From Eledone cirrhosa (taxonomy: Eukaryota), in the NCBI GenBank assembly GCA_964016885.1, contig OZ024742.1, positions 214,954,001 through 215,018,000 on the forward strand: 64,000 nt of DNA, given 5' to 3'. This document shows, in pieces, positions 36,951 through 51,670 of the stretch. Both the position numbers and the translations under genes were made by a program. Position 1 is the first letter of the stretch. Each line of letters begins with the position of its first letter. Under the pieces are notes generated by a model. That model did no database searches. It saw only the letters and a list, made by a program, of their open reading frames with translations, and was not told the origin of the DNA.

Positions 36951-37852
36951 TCAAGGGAAATGATAATGGGTATAGAAGCAACGGCAACGATTTAGTGGAA
37001 ACAGCATAAACAACAACAACAAAAGGAGGAAGGACAGTGATAACTTGATACAGTGAACCGATGAAATTTTAGATAGCACCAGTGGAATCAAGAACAGCAC
37101 ATAGCAATAATAGCAACATCATGAACAAGAAGATCATTAATATAATCAACAAAATCTTTATAAATGAATCAGAAATCATTGACACCAAGAACGATAACGA
37201 CCACTAAAAACAATATTTCTCGAATCTAGGGCAGCAAAAATAATAGAAATCTTTATAATCTATCGGTACTAGCGGCCAAATTGATAAAAGTCATAGAAGA
37301 ATAGTCGAATTGGCTATCCAATCACAGGTGTCGGAAGCAGCTGCCACAAAAATGTTGCCATATTGCTGCGTATAGGTAAAAACAGGAGGATTATGAACAG
37401 ATCCACAAGGAAAGATGAGCCAAGGCTCAATTCTCCTCAAATGCAATATGGGATATCCAAATATTTTCAGAAAATGTCCACTGTCCATAAATATTCTATG
37501 GGCCCTTGTTTCAACAACATTGTGCTTTTTTTTTTTCTGCTATATAGAAACAAACAAAACGTGCAAGGTTCAGCACGACGGACTCTGTTATTAGATAGGC
37601 GAACGAAAATCACCTGGTATTCAAAAGAACTCGACGATAGAAATGGTCTAGGATCATCTTAAAGTCCTGCTTCTGATCCAGCTTGAAAACATCGGAATGT
37701 TTCCAGATCTAATCCAGATCCAATAAGCCTGTGATTGGCTGTTATATAACGCAATGCATAGAAAAACGCGTCAGAATTTCAACAATTATTCATAAACGAA
37801 ATACTGAACATCAACATCTGTGCCCCAGTTAATTTTCCAAAAACTATGACTA

Positions 37853-37936
<84 letters not shown>

Positions 37937-39671
37937 CATGTGTGTGTGTGTGTTTGTATGTGTGATTGTGTGTGCACGTGTGTAATAGGTCTACCTAAAG
38001 AAAAATCATCTCATGTCTACCTATTCTTTTGTGTCATTTGATTCATCAGTTCTATCAGATGTTACACATATTTTGCTTCACCTGTCTGCTTCATCTTTCC
38101 CTCCCGAATCAACCTTCACATCAACTATTTGCATCGACAGCTATACAGGTCTGGAATGCAGGCGATTCTTACAAATTCACTTGTATCTCTGACTTATTTC
38201 CAAAATCCAGAGGACTTAATGCCGGTTACCTTTGTGTAAGCTCCTGCGTTGCTCTTTTTCACCTACCTTGTGAAAGAAATATTTTGTCTGGATTTTCATC
38301 GTATCAAAGAATGCTGCTTTTATTAGGGCATTGGCAATCTCGAGTAGGAATTGGCTTCCCATGTTTATGTCAGTGGCAGCTTTCATAAAACTCGCACCGT
38401 TAAAGTCAGAGGTGTCATTTCAGCCCATTGATTATATTGACTAGGGATGGGTGCACATCATACACTGCACTTAAGATCAACAGCTAATTGTCTTTTTTCG
38501 TTTCTCATAACTCATTTAATTACTTCCCATGCAATATAGGCATAATGCCTTCCTAAACCTACTGCTTCTTTAATATGCGGAATTTATTTACTTGCAATTC
38601 TTCGCCTGTGTTAATTATTCTTGTGGTTTATCCATTGTATTTGAGTCATCCGAAGCCTTCTTCCCTGATCGTCTCTAAATACTCCATTGATTTTTCAACA
38701 ATCCATATGCTTCTTATCAAATTTTCTGACTTGATTCTATGAACAAATTTCATAATTTACACTCTTCCCTGTATGATAATAAAAACAGTTATAGAGTTTT
38801 CCCAAATGTTCGTAAAGCCCCGTGGAAAACTCTTCCTAATAGAAAGCTGATGTTACACGATTTCACTATCTCCAATCATGTGAATAATATTTCATTAGAA
38901 CTGATATGTTCATATATTTCCGAAAGGTAAACCTCATATTTGCATAGGGATAATGCACCTAGGAATATATCATTATCCACTGTGGCTCTACATTTTGTAG
39001 GATGGCAGGGCATGAGTAGAGAAAGTTTGAGCTCTTAATTCTCGCACGTCAAGCAACAACTTAGCAGATGTGTTGATATTTGATAACTGACCTAATGTTT
39101 AAGACAGTTCCTTCTGTATCAGTGTATGAAATAGTGATATTTTCTAATAATTTGAAAGCCTTTTGTGACAATACATTTTACTGATATATTTGGCAAGTCT
39201 GAGGGAAAGTGTATAAGTATATATATATGTACGTGTGTATGTATATATGTATCTATGTATGTATAAATGGGTGGATGGCTGGTTGAATATATATATGCTT
39301 GTAAAATATATGTATACATGTATGTATGTATGTATATATGTGTGTATGGATATATGTATGTATAATATATATGTGTATGCATACGTGTGCATATGTGTGG
39401 GTATGTGACTTTTTTGTGAAAGATGTCTGAATGGAATTTTTGGTATGTATGAGAACCGAGAATAGTATATCTGCAAATAAAGTAACATTAGTGAATAATT
39501 ACATTATTTGTTAATGTGGCCTTATTTTGGGAGACACTTAAGATGTTATTATATCTTTCCTATTTGTTACCATTAGTCACACGAACAAATATGAATGATG
39601 TAATAACAGCTTTCCCAGCAACTTTCTTTAACGTCGACAGAACTTTTGGTGATGAATGCGAGTGCGTGTGA

Positions 39672-39743
<72 letters not shown>

Positions 39744-39753
39744 ATGTGTGTTA

Positions 39754-39785
<32 letters not shown>

Positions 39786-40380
39786 TGTGTGTGTGTGTGT
39801 ATGTGTGTGTGTGCATGTGTGTGTGTGTGTGTGTGTCTGTGCATGTACAGAGGAGTGGACGTGCGTGTATTTGTGTGTTTCCTCTTTAGACTTTGAGAAA
39901 GACATTGCGAACAATTTCAGATAATTACTTTTCTTTAATATTCGTCCTTTCATTTTCATTTGTTATTCAGTTTTTTTTTTCTTCCTTTATAGAAATAAAT
40001 CTTCATTACGAATATAATTTCAATTAGTTCTTTCTTTCTACTTTTTTTATTTTGTGGGAATTTTTTTATCACAGTTTTCTTTCTTGCTCTTTTATATAGG
40101 AACTGATGGTTACCTGAAGTCAATTAACTTACTAAAATAATGTGTCACTGATTTGACGAGACATTTCCCATTTTATCCGCATCTCTTTAAAATACTATAC
40201 TTACAGAGGTTTTTTTCTTTTCGTTTTTCTGCGCAATAGCCGATATATATTATTTTTCTTTTTTCACCAGACGCAAAGGCTAATAATGTCGACTGGCAGG
40301 ACATCGAACTGTAAATAAATAGAATAGTGTGCTATACAGGTGAACCACTGCAGAACAAACAATTGTTTTCCTATATAGTA

Positions 40381-40484
40381 ATAATTGTTTCTACTTTTGG
40401 CACAAGGCCAGCAATTACCCAGTGCATTACTGGTACTTTATTTTATCGACCCCGTAATGATAAAATGCAAATTTAACCTCGGCG
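40381..40484 (-). mobile_element. SINE 3' half
   Basis: Reverse complement of the SINE core and tail. Confidence 0.85.
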
Positions 40485-40557
40485 ATACATTTAGGTAAGC
40501 CTTGAGTAGATGGTGGTAAAATATACAGTAACCTTGGATTTTTTTAATTTTATGCAA

Positions 40558-40738
40558 TTGGCAGTATCGGTAGAGGGTTGGACGCCTTGCTTTCTAGCAT
40601 AGTTACGTCCCTTTACGGTCTGAGTTCAAATCCCGTAAAAGTTAACTTTGCCTTTCATCCTTAAGAGGTCGATAAAATAAAGTACCTGTAATGTACTGGG
40701 TAATTGCTGGCCTTGTGCCAAAAGTAGAAACAATTATT
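40558..40738 (+). mobile_element. Meta-type SINE
   Basis: Same family as 24693. Confidence 0.9.
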
Positions 40739-42566
40739 AATACTTTTTCATTAATATTTGCTATGCAATGGGACCGTAATGTGTATAATGCCTATAGAGA
40801 AGCACCGATGTTGTTAAGGTTTACATTTCATCTCCCGTTCATATTTATTTAGTATGTTGTTGACATAATCAGTTAATTGCTGGACTATATGCATTAAAAA
40901 TGATTATCCAAGTTCATAAGTTTTCCCACGTTCTCGGGATTTCTAAAAATATAGTTAACAATACAACAATAAGCTAGGAATCTGAAATTAAATTTTACGC
41001 TCTTATTTACGTATGTTTCGCTCTCCTCTTACGAGGTTGCATCGAATGTTAGTAATACAAGCCCCAGTCATATCAGGAAATAATCACAACATATTTCCTC
41101 AGCCAGAGGTCGATTCCACAGTTTTACGTCCGTGAGTATAACCTAACCCCTTGTCCCAGAGCCTTCTAGAAATGAAGTCAGGTATATGACAGAATTATAT
41201 TTAGTGGATTGTTGGGCGGGTGTTAATCACTTACACTCCGCTTCACGTATACATTCCCTTAAACGTACGCCACTGATTGATCTAACATAAGCTCAATGTC
41301 TTAAATGTTGTATAAAAAGCTCTTAGAGTTGATGAAGGATGATCATAAAGGATGAAAAGAAATTTTAACATTCGCAAAAACTAAACTAAATACCACACTT
41401 AATTTATCCAGATCATCTACCAGTCCTCACAACACAACGCAATATTAATACTTTTTGGTGTTATTCTTTCCACTAATTAGAAACCTTTTCGCTGAGATAT
41501 TTCAGTTGGGGAAATGATATATCAGTTTAGCTGTGAATCTGGCGGATAGCCTAATTCCTATCTAACTTTCAAAGAACGAACTCACTGGGCTGTGTCTCCA
41601 GTTGTTACGTGCCATACATATTTAATAGCAACGTTCAAATTATTTTCCATACATTAAACTTATTGGTCGACAGGCGACAAGTTCAAATAATATGAACAAG
41701 GAAAGTTGACGTCAGAATGCCAATTATCTTTCTTTCGCTCTCTAGTTCATCATTTGGTTTATGTTTTACCATTATTTTTGTTATTCGTTCTGTCCTTTTT
41801 TCCCATTTATTTATGAACTTTGGGCATATAGTCAAAAACAGAATTTTATTATCAATCATTTCAAACAATGTTCCTTGCCCACTGAAATTACCTATGCACA
41901 TTTCAATATTCATTGAACTATAAACAAATTATTTCCTCAGTGATAAAAATGCCTTCACATAGCCCCACCCGGTATCTTTTCGTCTTTCTGTCTTTCGTTC
42001 TCTCTCTTTATTTTTCCCTTTCTCTTCCTCTTTCTCTCTATCTCTCTCTCTTTCTCTCTCATACACAGACATACAGAGACAAACGCACATGCTATATATG
42101 GATATATATGTATATATGGATATATATGTATATAAAGTGCATATATGTTTACACATGTGAGTGTGTGTGAATGTGTGCATGCGTTCAAATAATATATATG
42201 TGCGCATGTGTTTTCCGTTAGCTTCCTCATATCTATCTATATTTTCATATTTTTCTAGACCAATTTATCCTTATTCTTTATCCGAAAGGTACGTTATCTC
42301 CTATAATTCTAAGTTGTTCTCTCCACAATTGCTTTTTTCTTATAAGTTTTTTTTCTTTTTTTTATAATGTATCTTTTTCATGGAATTTGCAATTTCGAAT
42401 GGTTATATACTGAATATGTTTATGATATTTCAACATTGTATTCTGTTTCAAATTTTAATTGAATTACATAACACCATCTACATGGATCAGTATTTTATAT
42501 CGAATTCCTCAACTATGCGTGCATCCCGATACATTATAATATTTTCTTTTATTTTTCTGTCTCTTT

Positions 42567-42757
42567 ATGGGGGATTAGCAGTATCGGTAGAGAGTCGGAC
42601 GCCATGCATTGCAGCAAAGAGTTACCACCCTTGCCATTCTGAGTTCAAATCCCGCCTAGATTAACTTTGCCTTTCATCCTTACGAGGTTGACAAAATAAA
42701 GTACCAGTAATACACTGGTAAATTTGCTGGCCTTGTGCCAAAAGTGGAAACAATTAT
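42567..42757 (+). mobile_element. Meta-type SINE
   Basis: Head, B box, core and tail present. Confidence 0.88.
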
Positions 42758-42863
42758 ACAGTATACATGTGCAGTGCATTTCTTTCCTGAAATTTTGCCT
42801 CTGACATGTCTTCACACAAACACACTCACATACATACTCATGTACACACACATATACATACAT

Positions 42864-42904
<41 letters not shown>

Positions 42905-43031
42905 TATATATATATATATATACACACAGATATATATATATATATATATACACATATATATATACACATATATATATACATACACATATATATATATATA
43001 TATATATGTGTGTGTATATATATATATATAT

Positions 43032-43225
43032 ATAGGAACAAGTATGACCCCAACGGCAGAGCTCAAACCGTTTCGACGGCTATTTCTGAGTCCAGAAATA
43101 GCCGTCGAAACGCTTGAGCTCTGCCGTCGGGGTCATACGTGTTCCTATTACCCACTCTACTACCCTAAGTATTGAATACTTTGGTGCGTTATGATCCATC
43201 TGGTTCCTTACCACAATTCCTTCGT

Positions 43226-43227
<2 letters not shown>
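43032..43227 (+). mobile_element. Miniature pLTR insertion of the 7277-11161 family with fold-back
   Basis: Arms 43032-43088/43093-43148; the remainder is the reverse complement of 7277-7360. Confidence 0.88.
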
Positions 43228-43314
<87 letters not shown>

Positions 43315-43315
<1 letters not shown>

Positions 43316-43450
43316 ACGAATGAGTTGCGGTAAGGAACCAGATGGACCATAACGCACCAGAGTACTCAATACTTAGGTTAGTAGAGTGGGTAATAGAAAA
43401 ATGTATGACCCCGACGGCAGAGCTCAAGCCGTTTCGACGGCTATTTCTGG
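43315..43450 (-). mobile_element. Second miniature pLTR fragment of the same family, opposite orientation
   Basis: Direct match to 7277-7412. Confidence 0.88.
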
Positions 43451-43559
43451 TAATTAATTAATATATATATACATAGTGTTGGTAAAATCCAGATATGTCC
43501 CAAGGCTCTGATACCATCAACACCATAAACACAGAGCTGGCATATCTAAGAACTGACTA

Positions 43560-43615
43560 ACTGCCTGATGATGTCATAGCCATTCAATGGCTATCATCGA
43601 AATATATATAGCCGT
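43560..43615 (+). ncRNA. Minimal type I hammerhead in a ~175-bp island ending at (TA)n
   Basis: ACTGC-CTGATGA-TGtcATAGCCAT tca ATGGCTATCAtc-GAAA-TATATA-TA-GCCGT; duplicated 3' half ends in GCAGT. Confidence 0.78.
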
Positions 43616-43646
43616 AAATATATATAGCAGTAAATAAAGGATTCGC

Positions 43647-43709
<63 letters not shown>

Positions 43710-44347
43710 TTAGTTACACACATATATATATTAATTATCTACCAACACGAGCGCTAATAACATGCAAACTAATCCATTTCAGAATAATACAAGATCAAAT
43801 GTGTATAGATACCCATCAAAAAGATATTGCCTTGTGGTTGAGTGATGATATACCCACCGATTAGATCTGAAAGTCGATTAAATATGTTTATCATTTCCTC
43901 AATTTATTGGGAAATTCGTATTTTCTGTCATGTTGCAGTATATATAAATTATATTCCTCCGATAGGAATTGAAATAACGATACCTTATACCTCCGACATG
44001 AGGGAGTCTGGCCAAGTAGAGCGTCTTCTCTTAATCAATGTGTAACAGTTTTGATCTTAATGCCATGGGATTAGAATCTTTAATTTAAGAATCGCAGGAC
44101 AGCTTTTACGGGCAAAGTCTACTGGATGGAAATCCAGAGTTGAACCACGTGCAACATAGTTGGATAACATCCACGAGCTCGTTTCTCACACTTGGAATCC
44201 TTCCTGATCAATTCGGGAGGGTTGCTTCTGATAGGAGTAAGTGTGTGCAGACAAAGATAAGAAAGTGATTCAATATGATTCAATATCTATTCTGTTTCAC
44301 CTATAGAGAGAGACATATATATTTAAATATTTAAGTTGGTTGCCACT

Positions 44348-44384
<37 letters not shown>

Positions 44385-44438
44385 GTATTCTATTTTCTCC
44401 TAGTTTATTTTACACCTAATTCTGTTTAGTTGACTGTA

Positions 44439-44534
44439 TCTTTGCGATTACGCTGTCGAAATATTCGATAAATATTCCGCTACGGCCGACGCGAAGGGCG
44501 AGTTTCGGTTATTTATCGGAGATTTCTTCATAGA
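44439..44534 (-). ncRNA. Degenerate hammerhead motif in a (TA)n-flanked island 44381-44645
   Basis: Minus strand: TCT-ATGAAGA-stem II (CGATAAATA/TATTTATCG)-GACA-GCG taat CGC-AA-AGA; three core substitutions. Confidence 0.4.
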
Positions 44535-44644
44535 AGCCTCATTCTTATAGCCTGGTCTATTCGATTTTTTATATAGTTAATTATGCTAATTGGGAGAGGA
44601 AATGGTATATATTTTATCATGTGACTCTATAGACATATTTTATG

Positions 44645-44705
<61 letters not shown>

Positions 44706-46810
44706 TGTGTTATCACTACATACAGTAAAACTAGTTTATATACGGTAAAAAATGTAGAAGTGATGCAATGGACTTAAAAGTTTTACAAATAAATTCAACC
44801 ACTGAATATTTATCTTGGTCTCTTCGTTTGACTTTGCAAAAAATGAATAATGAAACAATTATAATGCTTCCATGTATAACTGACGTGTTTGTATATTCAT
44901 GTCGCTGCATAGGAGTAGTTTTAAGATAAAGGCCATTAAGTGAATATAAACATTGTGGTGGATAATTAGTTTTGTGGAAGGGGGGCACTGCTTTATTATT
45001 AACAAACGTGATCAACATTTGCGGAAAGTGGGTTGAGGCTAATTAATTATCGATCTTATTAACATAGAAATATTTATTCTCTTCTATGTAAATTTACTAT
45101 TTCTCTTAGAAAGGAAAACTGTACTTATAATATAGTTTGTGTGAGCTTGTAATCGTTTCAATATGCTTGTCTTTCAACAAGATAAATATTTTCATTTACG
45201 AATGTATAAAAACAATTACAAAAGATTTCTCGAAAATGGATTATATCAATCAACTTCGTTCTAGTTATAGTCTTTCTATATAAAAGAAAATGAAGCTAAC
45301 CATTTTCATACTTTGAGCTACCAAATATAACTCAGTTTGCCATCCAAAATACATTTTAATTTACTTTATCTCATACTGCTTGAAACTGTATGTATATTTC
45401 CATTCTTTACGAATTCGGTCAGATATATAAGCTGTTGAAAGTCCATCATCAATTTGCAATCTACTTATAAATATAAATCTACCATGGTAAAGTGAGGAAA
45501 TAACGATGACAAAAATGTGTAGGTATTGATTTGTTGAATATTCTGCTGGCATGTGTTGCGGATTATCTCAATAAAAATTTGTTTGACTGTTATATCTCAA
45601 GGTATTAATATTCAAATAGACATTTTCCAAACGTCTCATGACTAATCCGGAAATTATGAGAAATTGGTTTAGGTGAAGACTGTGAAAGCCTCTGATACAT
45701 GTTGATCTTAACTTCTCTACTTTATAATAATGGTTACTTGTCCGCGGAAATTATATGCTTTACAATGATTTGCCACTGTAAGATATTTTTTTTTCTGTAG
45801 AATAATAATATACCTAACATAAAACAAAACAAAAGTCTGAGTCCGGTTATTTCAATGTTTGGCAGTTTAATTTTATATTAACACAAAATGAGTTGCTGCA
45901 GCAACACGAAAGGAAAATTTGAAAATATGTAGCAGAAATTCTTGAACGCGAATTGCATTGTATGGAAATAAATCCTACAAACTTCTTCAAATAGATTCAT
46001 GATTGAACGTAAGGAGTTATCAATTAAAAGTTTTATTATCGATACCAGATATATGGTTACATGTTTGAAATAGCCGTTAGCTTTAGCTAAGGTCGATTAC
46101 CATCCTATCAAAGTACATATATTGAATACGATTCTGCTATGTTCATCGAGTCACCATGTCACTACATAAGTGCTATGTTTATAGCTATAAGTCTACATGT
46201 CTTTGTATTAATATATTTATATATAAATCCCGCTATCAGTATTTCTATCTCTGAATATGTAATAACTGCCTCAGTAGAGGTACAAGCTTATATACATATA
46301 GTTTTTAAGTGCATTCATCTAAGTTTTTTTTATGAATTACCCTGTGTAAGTGTAAATGCTATTTAAAACAAGTTCGTTAATTTTGCAAAATTTATATAAA
46401 ATTTAGCTTATTCGTGTCTTAATACCGAGCGAATATATATCATTGAATTTGGAGAGAATGGTAGGATGATTTCTATTTTGAATTCACACACATATATCCA
46501 TATGCTATAATGCTCTTAATGTTGGGTAGAAGTGTTATAGATATGAATGTAACAACTAATATTTACTGATAGGGTGACACCATGAGTGTAGTAGCGTCGT
46601 ATTTACTAGATGTTTATTTGGTTTCTGACACTTGATTTTCCCAGAAGACAATGCTGAATTCATACATATAAACACATATCTGGTGCAGACATTAAGCCTT
46701 TTAATGTATAAGCCATTAACTTTGATCAGTTCGATGCTTACACAAGAAGGTTTGATATATTTCCATGTAATATTACCGAGAGATATTATAATGCATTATA
46801 ACTTCTAATC

Positions 46811-46890
<80 letters not shown>

Positions 46891-47577
46891 TGTGTGAGTG
46901 TATATATATATATAATATATATATACGTATATATATGCATATGTAGAGAGATAGAAGGAGAGAGAAGGAAGTGAGATTATTAATGAATATTTGAACGTGC
47001 ATTAGCTTACCATGTCTAATCCTCGAGTGCTACAAAGAAAACAAATGTCAAATTTAATCTATGGAATTTTCTGCCGTAATTCTGCTCCAGGAATTATCAT
47101 TGTCCCTCACGATAAGTGAAGCTCGATTATCAAATATACTGCGATGCACAATATCATATATCTATACCATATAATATATGTCATTCAATTCTTGTCATAT
47201 GCTAATCGCTATTTTTCATTCCAATAGTAGCATTTTCCTAAGTTCACCAATATCACGGTTTATTGGTTTAATGGGAATTGCCATACCCTTTTTGTGTCCC
47301 CCATTGTTTTCGGTGTTATTCGTTGTGATGTGCGTGTGTAGAAATGTCCCTGATTCAGGTGTGTAATCAAGTGATTTGGGTCTGATATAAGGCGTCCAAA
47401 ACCACATGTCCGTGGGGCTGATTGGTTTTGTTCCATCACAGTCGTTGTTGACTCATTATTTGATAGATATTTCGGCAAATATATATCTGAATAGGTTGGC
47501 AATTCATTTAGCTCTTTTGTATGGGTGATTAAATCTTTTACCCAACGTCTCTCGCCTCCAAACACAAACACAGTCAC

Positions 47578-47740
<163 letters not shown>

Positions 47741-48018
47741 TGCAATCTTTTTCTCGTAACACATTCGTAAAGAGGCATCTTATCAGAAATGAAAGACATA
47801 ATTAAATATTTGTATGGTAACATTTCAATATCTTTATTCTTGTTAATATTCATATTTAACATTCAAACTGCAATAGATATCTATAACCCAAAGTATTAAA
47901 CATATTCTCCAATGTTGTAAGCAAACAAAAGCACTCATTTTACTATCTTTCTTTGGCTGCCTGTATCTCTCTTTCTCCTTCTGAACAGAAACACAGACAC
48001 ACACACATATGTATATAC

Positions 48019-48082
<64 letters not shown>

Positions 48083-48089
<7 letters not shown>

Positions 48090-48889
48090 TAAAAAAATAA
48101 TGCATAAAACAATGAAACAGTTCCTTATATTAAACAAAGAAAGTTCATTATTTAACGATCGTTTCTGGGATATATATGTGTTAGAATTGGCATGTATATT
48201 TAACAGATCTATGTACAAAATTATACAAAAATTATACAAACTATCAAAATTAAATATACATACCAACTCATATATATGCCGTCTTCAGAAATAATGAAAT
48301 ATATTTATTGATAATAACAACAATTCAAAATTACAGGTCTGTTTGGGAACAGAGTTCAAATTGACCAATGGAAACACAAAAAGTTTATACAGTTAGGTGT
48401 GTGTATATATGTAAGTAACTTCGTTCACAGATATGCATAAAAATATATGTTCACATGCATACGCATGCCGAAAAGATGTATGTAAATACAAAAATTCAGG
48501 GCTAATGTCTCTGTATGTTTATAATCTACAGATAAAAATACATATACGCATATAAACATATAAATATAAAAATAAATATATACACATTCATATACTCACA
48601 CATATACATACATTCACACACACACGCGCATAAACGCATAAACATACACACAACCACGAACATACATACACACACACACTCACACACACATATATGTGTA
48701 TATACTATTATCATAAGAATATGGACATTAATGCGCGCACATAAACACTGCCACACATATTTAGATCCAGATACAGAAAGTAGGTGGGGGGGAAGAGGTC
48801 AGTATTTACTGGTGTCAGCAAACTGCCTATTTATAAATGTATCTATAAATTTAGAAATAAAAGGAAAAAGAAAAAAGAAAAATATTAAG

Positions 48890-48976
<87 letters not shown>

Positions 48977-49008
48977 AAGTAAAATATAAAATATACATCG
49001 ATATACAT

Positions 49009-49059
<51 letters not shown>

Positions 49060-49252
49060 CATATACATACACATATACATAAACACATACATACACATAC
49101 ATATACATACACACACCATATATATACACATACACACACGCGCATACATATAGAGACACATACATATACACATATAAATACATAGACATATACATATATA
49201 CACACATATATATATATATATATACACACATACATATATACATACATTCACA

Positions 49253-49306
<54 letters not shown>

Positions 49307-49359
49307 ATACACACATACATAAATACACTCATGTATATACACATATACACATACATACC

Positions 49360-49405
<46 letters not shown>

Positions 49406-49511
49406 CATATACATATATATATATATATACATATATATACACACATACACACACACATGTACACATACACATATACACAAAGATATATATATATATACAC
49501 ACACGTATATA

Positions 49512-49560
<49 letters not shown>

Positions 49561-49569
49561 TATACATAC
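48083..49569 (-). repeat. ~1.5-kb inverted copy of 54575-56117
   Basis: Unique blocks match as reverse complements, e.g. 48721-48800 vs 55397-55480 and 48083-48160 vs 56038-56117. Confidence 0.92.
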
Positions 49570-51027
49570 TTTCTCCTTTTCAACATAAATGCCTCCTTTC
49601 CCCACCTTAAAGGTGGTTTATATCGTGATGACTGTCTTCTTCTTTCCAACAACCTTAGCCTTTCAGAAATAGAAAAAAACAAAAAGCATATTAGAACTTT
49701 CCTTAAAGACTATTATAGTCTTCATATTACTTTTGAAAAAACAAGTAAAGTAGTAAATTTCCTAGATATAACTTTAGACTTAGCTACGGGTATCTACCAA
49801 CCTTACCATAAACCCAACCAAAACTTACACTACATACACTCACAATCTAATCACCCTAAATCTATCCTTAAAAACCTTGCATATAATATATCACTTAGAA
49901 TTTCTAACCTTTCTTCTAACCAAGATGTATTTGATAAAAATGCGACCTTCTATAATGAAGCTCTAGATAGAAGTGGCCACAAAAATAGATTAGAATATAT
50001 ACCTTCTACTAAAAATAAAAATACTATAAACATACAACCTAATATTACCAACAAACACCAAATGAAAAGTACACACCTAAATGCCACCCACACTATACCC
50101 AAAAATACCAACAACTCTTCTAATATAAAGTATAGTAACTCTCAAAAAACTACTCATCATACAACTCTAATAAATGTTAATAATAAAACTCCTAATAAAC
50201 AAGATAAAACACCTAAATCTATAAATCTAACTAAAAATGTGCGTGGTGAGATCATTAACATTAATCCTCCTAGGAAACATCACGATACAACCTATAAAAA
50301 TAATAAACAACATAGAAACCGTAATAGACGAGTTACTTGGTATAATGCTCCATTTAATTTACAAATTAAGGATAATATTGCTAAAAAAATTTTTTATATC
50401 CTAGAGAAAAACTTCCCGCCAAACCACAAATACCATCAAATCTTAAATAGGTCTACAGTTAAATTCTCATACTCAACAACCAATAACATAAAACAAAATA
50501 TAAGTGCCTATAATGCATATAAATGTAAGAATACCATAAGTATACCACCAATACATCAAACTAACCATAATATCTCCTCAAATACAGAATTAACGAAAGG
50601 TTGTAACTGTAGAAACAAAGCAAACTGCCCATTAAAAGGAAATTGTCTTGTTAACAACATAGTTTATAAATGTAATGTTAAAACTAAAGATTCTATTTGC
50701 TCATATATAGGAGCTACTTCTAACAATTTTAAGGTAAGGTTTAATACCCACAAACATAGTTTTAAAAATGCCGCACTGGCTAATACAACATCTCTAGCAG
50801 AAAAAATCAATAGTTATAAAAATAAGAATATAGAATATGATATGACCTGGAGTGTGCTCAAAAGAGCCACCCCTTATCAAAATAATAGAAATGAATGTAG
50901 ATTATGTTCCCAAGAACTATTTGAAATAATGAAATCTAAGGATATCCTATTAAATAAACGACAGGAATTAATTATATCGTGTAATCATAAACTAAGTAAA
51001 ACATTTAAATATTATAAACCTAATTAA
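49570..51027 (+). CDS. 5'-truncated but uninterrupted PLE (Naiad type) RT C-half and GIY-YIG endonuclease
   Basis: Frame is open from 49570: [63 protein letters not shown]...[19 protein letters not shown]. The ORF track shows only 50062-51027. Confidence 0.93.
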   Translation, partial: FLLFNINASFPHLKGGLYRDDCLLLSNNLSLSEIEKNKKHIRTFLKDYYSLHITFEKTSKVVNFLDITLDLATGIYQPYHKPNQNLHYIHSQSNHPKSILKNLAYNISLRISNLSSNQDVFDKNATFYNEALDRSGHKNRLEYIPSTKNKNTINIQPNITNKHQMKSTHLNATHTIPKNTNNSSNIKYSNSQKTTHHTTLINVNNKTPNKQDKTPKSINLTKNVRGEIININPPRKHHDTTYKNNKQHRNRNRRVTWYNAPFNLQIKDNIAKKIFYILEKNFPPNHKYHQILNRSTVKFSYSTTNNIKQNISAYNAYKCKNTISIPPIHQTNHNISSNTELTKGCNCRNKANCPLKGNCLVNNIVYKCNVKTKDSICSYIGATSNNFKVRFNTHKHSFKNAALANTTSLAEKINSYKNKNIEYDMTWSVLKRATPYQNNRNECRLCSQELFEIMKSKDILLNKRQELIISCNHKLSKTFKYYKPN

Positions 51028-51470
51028 TAACATTATTTTAGATATTAATATATAATTTAATTTAAATGTTAGTTAACCTATAAATTTAATTTAATTAAAA
51101 TTCTACTACAGATGAGATTATAAAATATTGTGTAATCATAAATTGTGAAAAACTTTTAAATATTACTAATATATACTTTGTAAATTAATTTATAGATTAA
51201 TTCTAATTTATTTAACCTTTTATTAAAATTCCTTTACAGATAAAATTTAACAAAATATCGTGTATTCAAGAGAAATATTTTGTTATATTATAGACCTAAT
51301 TAATGTACAATTTAGAAATATATTTATAATTTGGTTTTAATTTGGTTAACCTAAAAATTTAATTTAATTGGCTTAAAATTAAAATCCTAATACAGATGGA
51401 TTGCAGAGTGTCATGTAATCATAGACTGAGATAGGTTTTAGATGTATACCTAGTTAATATATTCTTTGCA
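50976..51470 (+). repeat. Diverged ~130-150-bp tandem repeats derived from the ORF end
   Basis: ATCGTGTAATCATAAA...ACCTAATTAA...TTAACCT...TACAGAT units start near 50976, 51127, 51257 and 51410. Confidence 0.7.
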
Positions 51471-51498
51471 ATTTTTGAAAAAATATGTATATATATGT

Positions 51499-51670
<172 letters not shown>

